Assembly (NCBI GenBank): GCA_964035545.1
Contig: OZ037770.1
Span: forward strand, 9,988,973 to 10,052,972
Source of the DNA: Bugula neritina
Lineage: Eukaryota > Animalia > Bryozoa
Length of the DNA: 64,000 nt
Direction: 5' to 3'
The position numbers were made by a program, and so were the translations under genes. The notes below the pieces were generated by a model, which did not search any database, was not told the DNA's origin, and saw nothing but the letters and a program-made list of their open reading frames with translations. Below, one piece after another: positions 13,488-25,456 of the stretch (its first letter is position 1; every line of letters starts with the position of its first letter).

Positions 13488-15228
13488 TGGTGATCTTAAT
13501 TATGGGACCGCTCAAAATAAAGTTATAATTTATTAGTAATTAATAATTTGCTCAATATTTATAAGGTGATATAGGGTAATATGCATATCAATGGAAAGCT
13601 AAATATGTTCTCTACAAGAATATTTTGAAAAATCAGCTAATTTCAGTTTTTGTAGTACAATTTGGGCCAATATACTCATCTTAGTAATAAAATTAAAAAT
13701 TCTAGTAAAATTGCAACTTAATTTTTTTCGAAAATTGCAATGATTTTTGCTTATTTTTTGAACATAACTCTTTGAAATTAAAGTGGTAGCCCTAAAAAGG
13801 TCTATGGGGTTATTAGATGCATCCTAATATTTTGTTGGCAACCCTTGTTGTCAATCACAGCTCGACAGCGTTTGGCATGCCGGCAACAAGTTTGGAGAGC
13901 AGTTCCGAGGATACCACTCAGAACCAAGACTGTATAATGAGCTCAATTAGTTTTCTGTTGGTTGTTGGCTTGTTTTTTGCAATCATTTGACCAATCTTAC
14001 ACCATAAATTTTCAATTGAATTGAGATCCGGTGATTGGGCAGGCTAGCTGAGAGATCTCATGTCACGGTCTTCCCTCCACTTCTTGACCTTTTTGGCTGC
14101 ATTGCTAAGTGTGTTATCCTGTTGGTACAGCCATGGTCCATGAAAGAGATCTCTTACTGATGAAAACCCCACGTTCTCCAACACATCACAGTATTTAGTA
14201 GCACGCATCATGCCTTCGACAACATAAAGTCCATCAGGACCACTCGCTGCAAAGCACCCCCATACCATGACAGAAGTCGGATGTTTAATGAACGCCAGAG
14301 GGGTGCATGTCTGGCTTGGGCTAAAGAGCACCTGGCATGGACACCCCAGCAGTGGCAAAAAGTTCTTTGTAGTAATGAAAGTACATTTAATATCTTGGCC
14401 TGGTGAAGAGTTTGACCCAAAGTGTATTCTTCCAACCATTAAATATTCAACTTCCTTCACGGTCATGGGTGCTTGGCAGCGAGTGGTCCTCCTGGTAGAC
14501 TTCATGTTGTCGAAAGCATGATGAGTGCTACTAAATACTGTAATGTGTTGGAGAAAGTAATGCTTCCATCAGTAAGAGATCTCTTTCATGGATAACACAT
14601 TTTGCAATACAGCCAAGAAAGTCAAGAAGTGGATGGAAGACAGTGACATGAGATCTCTCAGCTGGCCTGCCCAATCGCCAGATCTCAAATTGAGAATTCA
14701 TAGTGTAAGATTGGTCAACTGATTGCAAAGGACAAGCCAACAACCAACAGAAAACTAATTGAGCTCATTATGCAGTCTTGGTTCCGAGTGGTATCCTCGG
14801 AACTGCTCTCCGAACTTGTTGCCGGCATGCCAAACGCTGTCGAGCTGTGATTGACAACAAGGGTTGCCAACAAAATATCAAGATGCATCTAATAACCCCA
14901 TAGACCCTTTTTAGGGCCACTACTTTAATTTTAAAGAGTTATGTTCAAAAAATAAGCAAAAATCATTGCAATTCTTGAAAAAAATTAAGTTGCAATTTTA
15001 CTAGAATTTTCAATTTCAATACGAAGATGAGTATATTGGCCCAAAATTGTACTACAGAAACTGAAATCTGCTGGTTTTTTAAAACATTCTTGTAGAGAAC
15101 ATATTTAGCTTTCCATTGATATGCATATTACCCTATATCACCTTATAAATATTGAGCAAATTACTAATTACTAAGAAATAATAAGTTTATTTTAAGCGGT
15201 CCCATAATTAAGATCACCACTGTATATA

Positions 15229-15269
<41 letters not shown>

Positions 15270-15748
15270 GTGAAATATACCATCGTTTGTTGTATCATCT
15301 TATGTTTTAGTATGATCTACATTATATGTTCTTACGCATTATGTATACTGTAATGATATGATTGTAATTAATAATTCATTATGTATATTGTGATTGTAGT
15401 ATATATTATGTATTTTATACTATACATAATATATTATCTTATATTTTATATAGTCTACTGAGTAGGATAGTTAAAAAAGCCTTTATTTTAATATTGTTTT
15501 AAAATAATACTTTGTTTAAAAGTCCTTGAACCTATTTGAAATCAGTCAGCTGATGAAAAGTTGCTGCATTTGACAAGCTGTTGATTTAAATGTATTAATT
15601 ATAATCTATTAAAATATATTACTTGAACCATTAGCCTGAGGAGAAGAAGCGTATAGAGTCTAGCAATATTGAGGAGTTGAAGTGGTTCCACAAACGTCTG
15701 CGTAGACTGCTAGACTACGGACGAGTCACTTCTGAAGGCAACGTCTGA
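8..15748 (+). CDS. VPS13: VPS13A/C-like lipid transfer protein, C-terminal part (end of VAB/SHR-BD region, ATG_C and PH-like tail); 5' end lies outside the window
   Basis: Phase-consistent GT-AG exons: 8-139, 500-639, 1264-1399, 1670-1789, 2180-2304, 2918-3047, 3616-3750, 4276-4427, 5790-5910, 6914-6979, 7736-7795, 8078-8220, 8569-8752, 11007-11168, 11419-11542, 11700-11890, 12510-12661, 13004-13130, 15635-15748 (TGA). VPS13 motifs: [80 protein letters not shown]. Confidence 0.93.
660..900. repeat. 18-bp minisatellite (TTACGTAATGACATCACT), ~13 copies
   Basis: Direct tandem repeats starting ~20 nt after the donor at 640. Confidence 0.9.
2020..2170. repeat. Degenerate 21-bp minisatellite (TATCATGTATATTATACAACA)
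   Basis: About 6 diverged copies ending just before the acceptor at 2179. Confidence 0.7.
3083..3622 (+). repeat. 40-bp minisatellite containing the VPS13 3' splice site, 14 copies
   Basis: Unit CTACAGATTAACTCTTTATACTAATAATATACTCTCTATN; the last copy's CAG|ATTAAC is the exon-3616 acceptor. Confidence 0.95.
9340..10998. repeat. 66-bp minisatellite, ~25 near-identical copies
   Basis: Unit TACATTGTCTGCATATAATATATACACTGCATATGTATAATCTCTACAGTATCTACGTATAGTTTA; ends ~8 nt before the acceptor at 11006. Confidence 0.97.
12045..12258 (+). mobile_element. tRNA-derived SINE, family A copy 1
   Basis: A-box-like GTGGTCTAGAGG and B-box GTTCGAATCC, then the body GGCCATTGGTGATGTTAGGAAGGGCATCCAG shared with the copies at 34731 and 59821. 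Confidence 0.8.
13305..13484. repeat. (TA)n microsatellite, resuming at 15223-15265 after the Tc1 insertion
   Basis: Direct reading. Confidence 0.95.
13485..15222. mobile_element. Non-autonomous palindromic (fold-back) Tc1/mariner element in the last VPS13 intron
   Basis: Starts TA|CAGTGGTGATCTTAATTATGGGACCGCT and ends AGCGGTCCCATAATTAAGATCACCACTG|TA, inside a (TA)n tract. Arms ~13485-14290 and ~14437-15222 are reverse complements. Degenerate Tc1 transposase motifs on both strands ([42 protein letters not shown]). Confidence 0.93.
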
Positions 15749-16372
15749 GCTTAGTCATTCCAGATTCATGTTATGGTGTGGGAGTTGTTTCCTCTACTGA
15801 TGATTCATGGCAAAGCCTCCTATACTATGCAAACCACACCTATTCCTTCTAATATGACGATATTTTTATTATTTCCATTTATAAATGTTCTATGGTTAAC
15901 CTCTAAAGCTGCTTTCAAAATTTGATGAAGTTTCAATCATTCTGGAAACTTCTTCATTCATAATATATTGCATGACCAATTTTATAATATTGTAGTTTTA
16001 CCCAAAATTTGCTCATTTTTTGATTATTATAATTACATAACATAATGAATATTTCTCACGACATTTTATATATTGAAAAAATTTCAGCGTTCTGTCTCAA
16101 TTTTATTATTTCAGTATTGTAAGTTTCTTTTTAATTCATAATATGTTTTGTAATGGTATCTATGATTGCAGCAATTGTCATGAGCATAGTCAAAACATGA
16201 TAGCTAAGCGGATTTATTATATTATAACATTTTATGACAATAGTATAAGCTATATATTTTATTCCACAAATATAAATAATATCTAAATGTCAACACCAGA
16301 AGCTATTTAAATATTATAAAAATAGACTACATTATGCACTTTGGAGATTATAAATAAATGTATCCGTATATA

Positions 16373-16543
16373 CTGTGCTTCCTCAGTATCTCACTAAGCT
16401 GCGGGTTCCAAAACCTCAATTTGTGACATAGTAGAATACTATATTTAGCTCATGCATACGTTGAATTACGCCACTTTTTCCTATACACACAATAAAATAA
16501 AATTTTGTGAAAACTGGATCCGTGAAATACGGAGAGGGCACTG
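16373..16543. mobile_element. ~170-bp Tc1/pogo-type MITE between convergent 3' ends
   Basis: TA|CTGTGCTTCCTCAGTATCTCAC ... GTGAAATACGGAGAGGGCACTG|TA: imperfect TIRs with TA flanks. Confidence 0.6.
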
Positions 16544-17014
16544 TATTTTAAAACTATTTCATTCAGATGTACTCTGAATTTGTTATTGGAAACCTTTTGA
16601 GTAACTGGTGGTAAGTAGAATGAAGTACATTACAAAATACATTCTATGAAATAGGAAGACAGACATGCCCAAAACATTCATAATGCGTTCAACTGATCGC
16701 TTTGCCCTTGAAAATGCATTCCACAATAATACAGTGAAGATGACTATCTTATACTTCTTTGAGACCCAGATAGACTTCCACGTAACGAATCCCCATCTAA
16801 AAAAAGAATGATCATGGAAATCAGTTGCAACCTGTTTAGACATTGAATGCGTTTTGCATTGATAATATACACCACTCAAATGCATGGCGTAGTAATATAA
16901 CCAACTTGATGTAACTGCTTTGTGCTGCTCCAGTTGAGCCGTTAAAAGAATGATGTTAGTGCTAAAATTCATACTGCAACAAGACTTGAAGAACAACACA
17001 AAGTTACTGTAAAC

Positions 17015-20000
17015 TTAACTACATCTACCTGAAAGCACGAGAGACCCTTTTCACAACGTATATTAGGCTAAGTATTATAGTAGAGTGATTGTAACACAAA
17101 CCTCGAGTTAAAGACCTGAGGCTAGCCATAGAGCCAGGCCGGGAGTCACTTCTACTCTGCATTCTGCTGATCTTATCCTCAGTAGACAGGACGGGCAAGT
17201 GAGCCAGGTCATCCGACGACTGAATAATCTGTAGACCTGAGAATTACAGCAGAACTCTTACTACAAGTAAGTCTGGCTTCTCGCCAAGTATTTCCTCCAT
17301 AGTAAACTCATTGTGCCAGAGAGATAACTCCATAGTAAACTCATTGTGTCAAGGAGATAACTCTATAGTAAACTCATTGTGTCAGGGAGATAACTCTATA
17401 GTAAACTCATTGTGTCAGGGAGACAACTCTGGCTGTTCACAAAAATTGTATTCCTACTGTTGAATGTTAGTTTTTTATATTCTATTTATTTAGCTTGTTG
17501 GCTATAAATGCAAAAGTCATAGTTTATAGTGTAAAAAAACATAGCTTCTTGTTTATACTAGTTCTTTTTGCCAGAAACATCATTCTAGAAAATCGATGTT
17601 TGCAAATACCATTACAACCGATAAGTTTTTCTGTTTTGTAAATAAATTTTTGAAAATTTTTTGTATGTTTTTGCGTAGCTGGCAAATATTCTTCTTTTCT
17701 TATAGAGTACAAGTCAGAGAAATAAATTCAAAAATAATGAATGTATTATGCTTGTTGATAATCAAATAGAACATTATTGACACACCCATAGCTACATGAC
17801 TTACCACGATCAGCCATTGTCCAGGACTCCTTGTCTGCTGCATTCTGTTTGACACGCTGCAGCACCTGGTCAAGGTGCACCGAGAGCGCCTGTATCCTCA
17901 TGTCAGGATGCTCTGACATGCAGCAGACGATCTTGACAATCACCTTCTGCAAAGTTGGAACTGCAGTGTGGGCAAACAGCATCATTGCGTCATAAAGTGA
18001 AGATTCTTCCAGCAGCTTTCCACATGTCTGTAAAAATTTTCATTACTGTGACAATGCAAAGAATGGTGAGATGAATAAACATGATTTCTTGCCTCGGAAA
18101 ATTTCGCATAACTGTAAAGTCAAATGTGTGCATCATAAAAATAACTTCATTGAAATATGTTGAAAGTGTCTAACAAATACACTGTCAGTTTTTTAATGAC
18201 GTCTAAGATCTCGTACTTTTACTAATCTATTTGCTTACAGCACATAGTTTTATGTTGGTCAAAATTTAGGCTGTTTTTTTTTAAAGTCAAGAGAGTAAAA
18301 GGCATCAGAAGACCAAAAATATGACCAGTTACATGGCAACAACTATGCATTTCTAAAAGAATTTGCTCATTTAAGTTTCACCTTACTACAAACATTGTTC
18401 TTTTAAACCAATAGTTAGTATTTCTTCAAAAATAAAGGTTTTATCAAATCGTAATCAAACATGACTGTGTTATTAAATTTGTCAGCTGTTATATTCTATA
18501 GACTGAGGTCAGAAGAAAACATATGTATATTGAGTAAGGGGCGTACAGTCATACCTCCTGATCAGTAGCATAGTAGAGAAGTAGTTTAGCAGCTAAAGTC
18601 TGTCTTCTGCTTTCCATGGTCTGCTGAGGAACAGCCAGCAGAATAGGAATGAGTTCCTCCTGAGCCTTGATCATGTCGGCACTTTCTATAGCCAGCAGCT
18701 CTAAACTCTGTAGAGCTATCCACTGGGTTTCACCATCATCCAGCCGGCACAGTTGGATAAGAGCTTGGGCTATCAATTTACATGCATAGAGGTTACAACT
18801 CTGATTTGAATGCATTAGAAAATTAATCAGTTGAACCAACTACTTTATATCAAGCAAATCTATTCATATTAAACTTATTTATATTAAACTAACTAATTCA
18901 CATTAAATTAATTTATATTAAATTAACTTATTAGGTTAAGGCGAACTAGTTAAATGTTCTTATACTAACCCGGGGTGTTCATACTCGCCAACTCATCTCT
19001 AATCTCTTTAGAAGAAACAAGTTGAAGGAATATTCCAGAAAGAATCCTTTGTGTAGAGATATTACTAGTGTATGCAGCACGGCACAAGTCCTGCAGCCTA
19101 TCAGATTGCACATAACATTATATCAGTATACATGGCAGTCTATCAGATTGTACATAACATTATATCAGTAAAGATAGTAGCCTATCAGATTACACATAAC
19201 ATTATATCAGTATACATGGCAGCCTATCAGATTGTGCACAACACTCAGTTCCAATAACAATATAGATGGCGAGAATAAAGTTAAAATTTCCAGACAATTG
19301 CTTAGAATAACTCCGTTTATTTATTCCTTCTTAAAATTATTTTTGAATCTGTAGTGTTGAGTAAATGCTTCACTCATCAAGGTTAAAAAGAGTAAATAAT
19401 TACTATTTTTGTTTTACTGCTTAAAAATCTTCTTAGAAAAAATTGAATATAATAATAGATTACATATTTCTAACCTACTGAGTGGCATAGGTAATAGGGC
19501 AGAAATTCCACTTTTATGCAAAATTGTTACATGAAAAACAGCAATAAATTGGAACAGCTAGATAAGGAACACCACCTGAATTGACCAACTAAAAATAATA
19601 ATTCTTTAAAAACAGATTAATACTGTCAACTACTGTTGCTCAGTTAAATATTTATAAAAACTAAAATTTTTACACTCTAAAAGAAGAAAAACTCTTGTTA
19701 CAGATTCATGAAAATCCACAACATAATATATTAGAGAGGATAGTTTTAGAATGTAAATACTGGATTGTATTAAAATAGGATAAAATTCCAATTAAATTAA
19801 TTGAAAACGAAAAAGCTCTTGTGTACAAACATCCTGTTACTAAGTCAAGGCAAGTAAGCAACCTCACCCTCTGCCAGCAATGATTGCTTCCATCAGCTCC
19901 TCACTTTCCTGTGCAATGTAAGAGATGGCAGTCATGGCCTCCTGGACACATCTCTCACTCTTAGAGTGAAGTAGGGCGGTCAGATGCTTCACCCCATCTA

Positions 20001-23000
20001 TCTCTACAAACTTAGCCTACACAAAAGAAAAACAACTTGTAGAAAAACTAATATTTTACATTAGAAAAGCAAATACCATTATTACAAGTTGTCTTCTCGT
20101 GTTATGAGATTCACAATTTAAACAATAAATAACAATCACAGAATGTTTTAAACTGTATAATTATTATACTCAATATAAATATAGGTTATACTTTAAGATT
20201 TTATGGTAACTTCCATGTTGGAATAATATAACTTATGCACATAACTTTGTACTTCGTTTATATTCATTCCGTGTTATGTGTAGTGTGTATCACACGACAG
20301 AAGACGCCGCAAAGAAATGTTTAGGTTGGGTTCCTTGCAATATTTCAATACACTCAGGTTACATTTAAATTACCAGGTCAGTTCTAACTATTCAACTGCT
20401 TCACATATTACTTACAGGCCACCTTAGTTGTGAATATTAGCTATAAGCTACATGCTCACAAAAATAATATGTGGCTAAATTCTTCATCAACATGGCGAGA
20501 AGGGGAGTTTTGAGACCCCCCCTACCTTAAGCAAATGATCTAGTATGAGACCGAAGCAACTGCATTACATTACTTCTTCCTTGTAATGAAAAACTATAAA
20601 AAGTAAATTAACTAAAAAGTTAGTAATACAAATGATAGCCTCAGTGCCTACCTGAATCTGAGGGACGGTAAGTAACTCCGCCAACGCCTCTGCAGCATAC
20701 TCCTGAGTACCCAGGTCTTTTGTCAGACTCAGAGATATCAGGGTATGTAAGCCACTACTTGCCACAATAAAGAACTTGTTGTCATCTGACGCAGCCGCCA
20801 TGGAGGCCAGTTCAAATGCAGCCATCCTTCGCTCTTTTACTCTGAAGATACAAAAGAACTATGAAGCGAAAAGTCTCACAATGTATGCTACTATTATACC
20901 TTTACCTGAGCCATTAAAATTTCGTGAAGAAGTAAAATGCAATGTGTAGAAAGTAAAATGTGCAGAAAGTAGAACATGCAGAAAGTAGAATGTGCAGAAA
21001 GTAGAATGTGCAGAAAGTAGAACATGCAGAAAGTAGAACATGCAGAAAGTAGAATCTGCAGAAAGGAGAATGTGCAGAAAGTAGAACATGCAGAAAGTAG
21101 AATCTGCAGAAAGGAGAATGTGCAGAAAGTAGAACATGCAGAAAGTAGAATCTGCAGAAAGGAGAATGTGCAGAAAATAGTGTGTTTAGACAATTGTGAA
21201 AGTTTTAAAATGTCCAACAAAGTTTGCTAAACAAAGAACTTCGACCTGCAAAGATAACTGCTGAATATGGGTGTTATATAAGTACCACATATACGGTTCA
21301 ATGTTAGCATACACACATCACTAGTTGAACTCACACTGGGCTACTAGATGAATGAAGAATCTTCTTCAAATCTGGTGGCTCCATGAAGAGTCGCTCAATA
21401 ACGTCGCCAGTCTCAAAGCGGTAGTTCTTCAGCATGACCAGAAGCAGTATGGCGGTGCTCACGTACGCAACGGCGTGTATTCCAAAGAAAACAGCGGTGT
21501 AGATGTTGAAGTGTGAGCATTCATCCACAAACAGCCAATCCGGGCAACCGTGGTCCTAAAAAGTTTACAGATATCATATATATATATTCTCTCAATTGGA
21601 ATTTAATTTAATTCTTGGTACATTGAAAATAATTTTATAAACTAAAACAAGTCGGTTATAAAAACTCAAGTTAGTTTATAAACAATATCTTTACAAAAAG
21701 CCCTGAAAGGGTTTGCTTCAAGCGAGCTAAGGACCATTGAACTATAACCCTTCCTTATAGTTTCATTTCAGTGCTAAAGACTTCTCTATAATTTAAAATC
21801 AAAGAAAAGATAGCCCCAAACGCAGTCCACTATGTATGCTTATATCAAGTACAGTGACTCACAATTACGGAGATCCACTTGAGAGCTGACAGAGTAGTAG
21901 AAGCTGCTGCCACTAAAGTCATTACTATTGCAAATAGAATGCAATAGACTTTAGGGGGGATGGTGTAGTTTCCGGTGAAGCCCCCGAGCCGAGAGTATTG
22001 CGGGGCGTAGTAGGAGCTGAGGATATATATGAGGAGATGGTAGGAGAATGTGTACCAGTGGCTGGTCACCAGGCTGCATATTACACCCACAAAGTGCATC
22101 GACAAGAAACCCTACAATTGGCAACAGTAACTGTAGAAGGTAGAATGTGTAGAAAGTAGAATGTGTAGAAAGTATAATCTGTAGAACGTAGAATATGTAG
22201 AAAATAGTATCTGTAGAATTTAGAATCTGTAGAAAGTAGAATGTATAAAAAAAGAACTCAATAGTAAACTGACACAATTAAAATTTAAATCAGAAGATAT
22301 CAACATAGTTGCTCTATAAGTTTTACCTCGGTATCACAAAATAGCTTTTAAAATATATTATATATTAACTTGAAACATCGAGAAGCTGTGAATATTCAAG
22401 ATGGATTTAATAGAAAAACCTATCAAATCACTTCTGTTTAAACAACTTATTACAGTAAATATTTAGTATCACTTTCAGTCATGTTGACTTGATTTATTTT
22501 AGGGTTTAAAATACAAGAAAAACAGATAAGTTTGTAAAGGTCAACAACCAAACCAACAATTCAACATCTTTTTTAGTAATTTATAAAAACTTTTAATTAC
22601 TGGTTACCAAAAAACAGGCTTTTGATAATAGAACAAATACTTTGCTACAAAAACTGAAGGACATTTGGTTGTAAACAAAGATTTTACAACAATCTTTATT
22701 CATAGATATACACACATGAGAATTTCTGAAGTTGACTAGCAAAAATGTTGGTGATCACTTTCTTTCTGTACTCACATGAAATGTCGCTGTCATGACCTGT
22801 CTACGGTTTAGAATGTTAACTTCCTGTAAGAGTGCTGCCTTTGTGCTGCCGTATACACCACCTGTGTTCTCTGGAATATCCTCAGTAGAGTCACTAGGTA
22901 GTGAGTCCAAGTCAAAGAGTGACTGCAAACAGAAACACCGAGTCACACAATCAATATTATTGCCAAAAGCAACTAGTTTAGTTTCAGCTATTCAAAAGTG

Positions 23001-25186
23001 ATTTATATTCAACTTGAATGCAGGCTTAGTTTATAAGATCCAAATTGTGATTTGTTATCCAATTAGTATTGAAAAATGTAAATTTTAAATGGTAATAATA
23101 AATAAAAACTTGAATGATGCTAAAATTATTGTTTAAACACAATCGTCAATTAACAATTCATCTAAAACATTATGAAAATAATCAAAATATAGCATTGACT
23201 TAAATGCACAGAGTTTTCAATTAAGCTTTTATAATTGCTACTCAAAACAAACTACCATAAGAAAAATCACTTGCATTTTAACTATCAAAATAAAGCATAT
23301 CTTTATAAGCAGAAATTTTGCATAAAATTAAAATTAAAACTTAGCACTAACATCATTATCCTTAGACATTGGTATCATTTTAAAGACAGCATTATTCATT
23401 ATGTGATAGTCATCAAGGGTTAGAGAATCTTTCAATTCCTTCCCATCAAACCGAAGTCTGAACTGGTGATCCTCCCTGCCAAACTCGTACAGTAGATGCA
23501 TCAGCTGAGCTCGCACTCTTGCAATTGTGTGCTTTGGCTTAGCAGTCAACACAAATGTCTTCCGCTAAAACATAATATATACTTTATATACAGTTTCATA
23601 CTTAAAAATAAATTAATTAGTCATTAGTAAAGCTTTTTAAATAGTTCGATTTAAATACTCGTAACTCTAACACACACAAAAATTCCTCACCCATAATCTT
23701 TTAATAAGCTCATAGAGACAAACATTGAGTTCAGATATGCTCATTACTACAGCCAGAATTTTTACCAGCCATCTTAGTGATTAGCAGTGGTGGTGTTGGA
23801 TGGATTATGGAGACAAATAATTGAGCTACCTGGATCCAAACACCAAGGGCTGCAACGCGGAGACACTCGCTGCCCAGTCAAGACTTCATACTTACCTCCC
23901 CGTGGTCACCACTGGAAACTGGAGCTTAACCAGGCTAAAAGTATGAGAATCTAAGGGATGGAAACCCTGACAAAAAACCCAGAGGCGTGACATTCTGTGA
24001 GGGCAAAATGCTTGCAATTTGCACAGCATCTTTGGCCAGTCACTGCGACTGATGTATAACTTTGCTCGTCTTGGAACATCCTTGCCAGCTTTGTGTGTTG
24101 CATCAGTGGAGAAGGCTTCGCTATCAACTGGCAAAACATAGTGTTGCCTTACAGCAAATTGCCAGCATAAATCCTATAAATCCATAAATTTCAACAAGAA
24201 AAGATACTCATACTGGCAGGACGGCGCCCAGGATAAAAAGGTCCAGGAGCACATGGAATTAACATTCGTATCATGGAACGTTCCAACGATGCTCGACAAA
24301 GAAAATGTGGCAAAACCAGAATGCAGAAGTGCAATAATTGCAAATGAACTTGGGGAAAATAACATCGATATAGCTGCTCTCAGGGGGGGGAGGTTTTCAG
24401 ACGCTGGTTCTATCACAGAAGAGGCAGGCTACACAATTTTCTGGAGCAGAAAACCCGTAGGTGAGATCCGGGAGCATGGTGTGGCGATTGCAATGAGGAA
24501 CAGCCTTATACCCAAACTGTCAGAAGATCCCAAACCCGTGAATGAAAGGATGATAACACTCCGGCTACCACTCACGCAAAACAGATATTGTACTGTAATC
24601 TCAGCATATGCACCCACTATGACCAACAGTGCAGACAAGATCAACCAATTATACGCACAGATAAATGAGACGCTTGGAAACATCTCAGACTCCGACAAGA
24701 TCATTTTTCTTGGGGACATTAATGCTCGTATTAGTATTGACAATAACACCTGGAAGAATGTGATTGGGAACTAGTGATTAGCGTTTCAATAATTAGTCTA
24801 TAAAAAAGTATTTTAAGAGTTGTTGCAATAAATCCTTCTCACTCTGCCTAATATCTAAAATCTAAAATTGTTTGAAAAGACAGTAAATGTAATACTAATT
24901 ATCAGTCAAAGCTAACATAAATATAAGTCAGTGAAATAACTTAGCTCAAAAAATTACAAAAATCATTAACAATTATTCCAACTTTAATTATATGCATGAC
25001 TTTAAAATTTAGCATGCTGTAGACGCTCAGAGCTACTGCTAGTACGATTATGATTTATCATTTTGATATTGATCTATGGCTGACGGTAATGATCATCATC
25101 ATGATGACTGATGGGTTCATGATCATCGTAATGGGTAAAACCTTAAAACTTACAGGAAAACACTTGCTTGTAGCGTAGATCAGCAT
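17015..25186 (-). CDS. Uncharacterised ~638-aa protein: N-terminal ubiquitin-like domain, ~4 transmembrane helices, C-terminal armadillo repeats
   Basis: 12 phase-consistent exons (minus strand): 25154-25186 (ATG), 23352-23564, 22776-22922, 21863-22111, 21335-21555, 20652-20841, 19868-20016, 18970-19097, 18555-18769, 17805-18027, 17102-17236, 17015-17028 (TAA); total 1917 nt. Ubl: RLRFDGKELKDSLTLDDYHI. Hydrophobic segments in exons 4-5. ARM-like: GLHTLISL..TQEYAAEALAEL, DGVKHLTALLHS..VQEAMTAI. The last small exon is least certain. Confidence 0.82.
17299..17430. repeat. 33-bp minisatellite, 4 copies
   Basis: ATAGTAAACTCATTGTGTCAGGGAGATAACTCT x4. Confidence 0.9.
19094..19245 (-). repeat. 42-bp minisatellite containing a 3' splice site, ~3.6 copies
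   Basis: CAGCCTATCAGATTGCACATAACATTATATCAGTATACATGG; each unit reads ATCTGATAG|(G/A)CT on the minus strand. Confidence 0.88.
20935..21180. repeat. 16-bp minisatellite (AGTAGAATGTGCAGAA), ~15 copies; related array at 22130-22250
   Basis: Direct reading of both arrays. Confidence 0.9.
23786..24771 (+). mobile_element. RTE-clade LINE 5' fragment (5' UTR plus AP-endonuclease N-terminus), antisense in intron 1 of the Ubl-TM-ARM gene
   Basis: ORF 24253-24774 has APE motifs SWNV..IDIAAL..YTIFWS..HGVAIA..ERMITLRLPL..TVISAYAPT..IFLGDINAR. Flanked by an 11-bp direct repeat TAGTGATTAGC (23775-23785 and 24772-24782). Confidence 0.88.
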
Positions 25187-25429
25187 TGTTGGAATAAATT
25201 TAAAAGAATTCAGATTCAGGTGCTATGCTTGTATTTCCATGCAGTTGGATGTTGATGGTTGCGTTTGGGTGTCTAGTCGAGTACAATACTTCAACAAGCC
25301 AATTGAAAATTCCCATATTGCTTTCACGATGTAGCGAATGTAAACAGACGAACCCAACTGTCATTTTAGCAAAATAAAATGTATCAACATTTTTAAATTA
25401 ATTTTTTGGTGCTTGCTGCGGATCTAGTT

Positions 25430-25456
25430 GTTGCTATAGAAATGTACAAAATGGCG
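25430..25456 (+). promoter_or_regulatory. Putative bidirectional promoter element: RFX X-box-like motif plus YY1-like motif
   Basis: GTTGCTATAGAAAT (one mismatch to GTHNYYATRRNAAC) followed by CAAAATGGCG, ~250 bp upstream of the minus-strand ATG at 25186 and upstream of the plus-strand gene. Confidence 0.4.

Noticed and set aside
14044-14743. Functional transposase ORFs
   Set aside because: No DNA-binding N-terminus, stops and frameshifts present, and the first catalytic Asp reads Asn (SNES).
24174-24749. Minus-strand ORFs 24174-24416 and 24429-24749
   Set aside because: Antisense shadows of the RTE endonuclease ORF.
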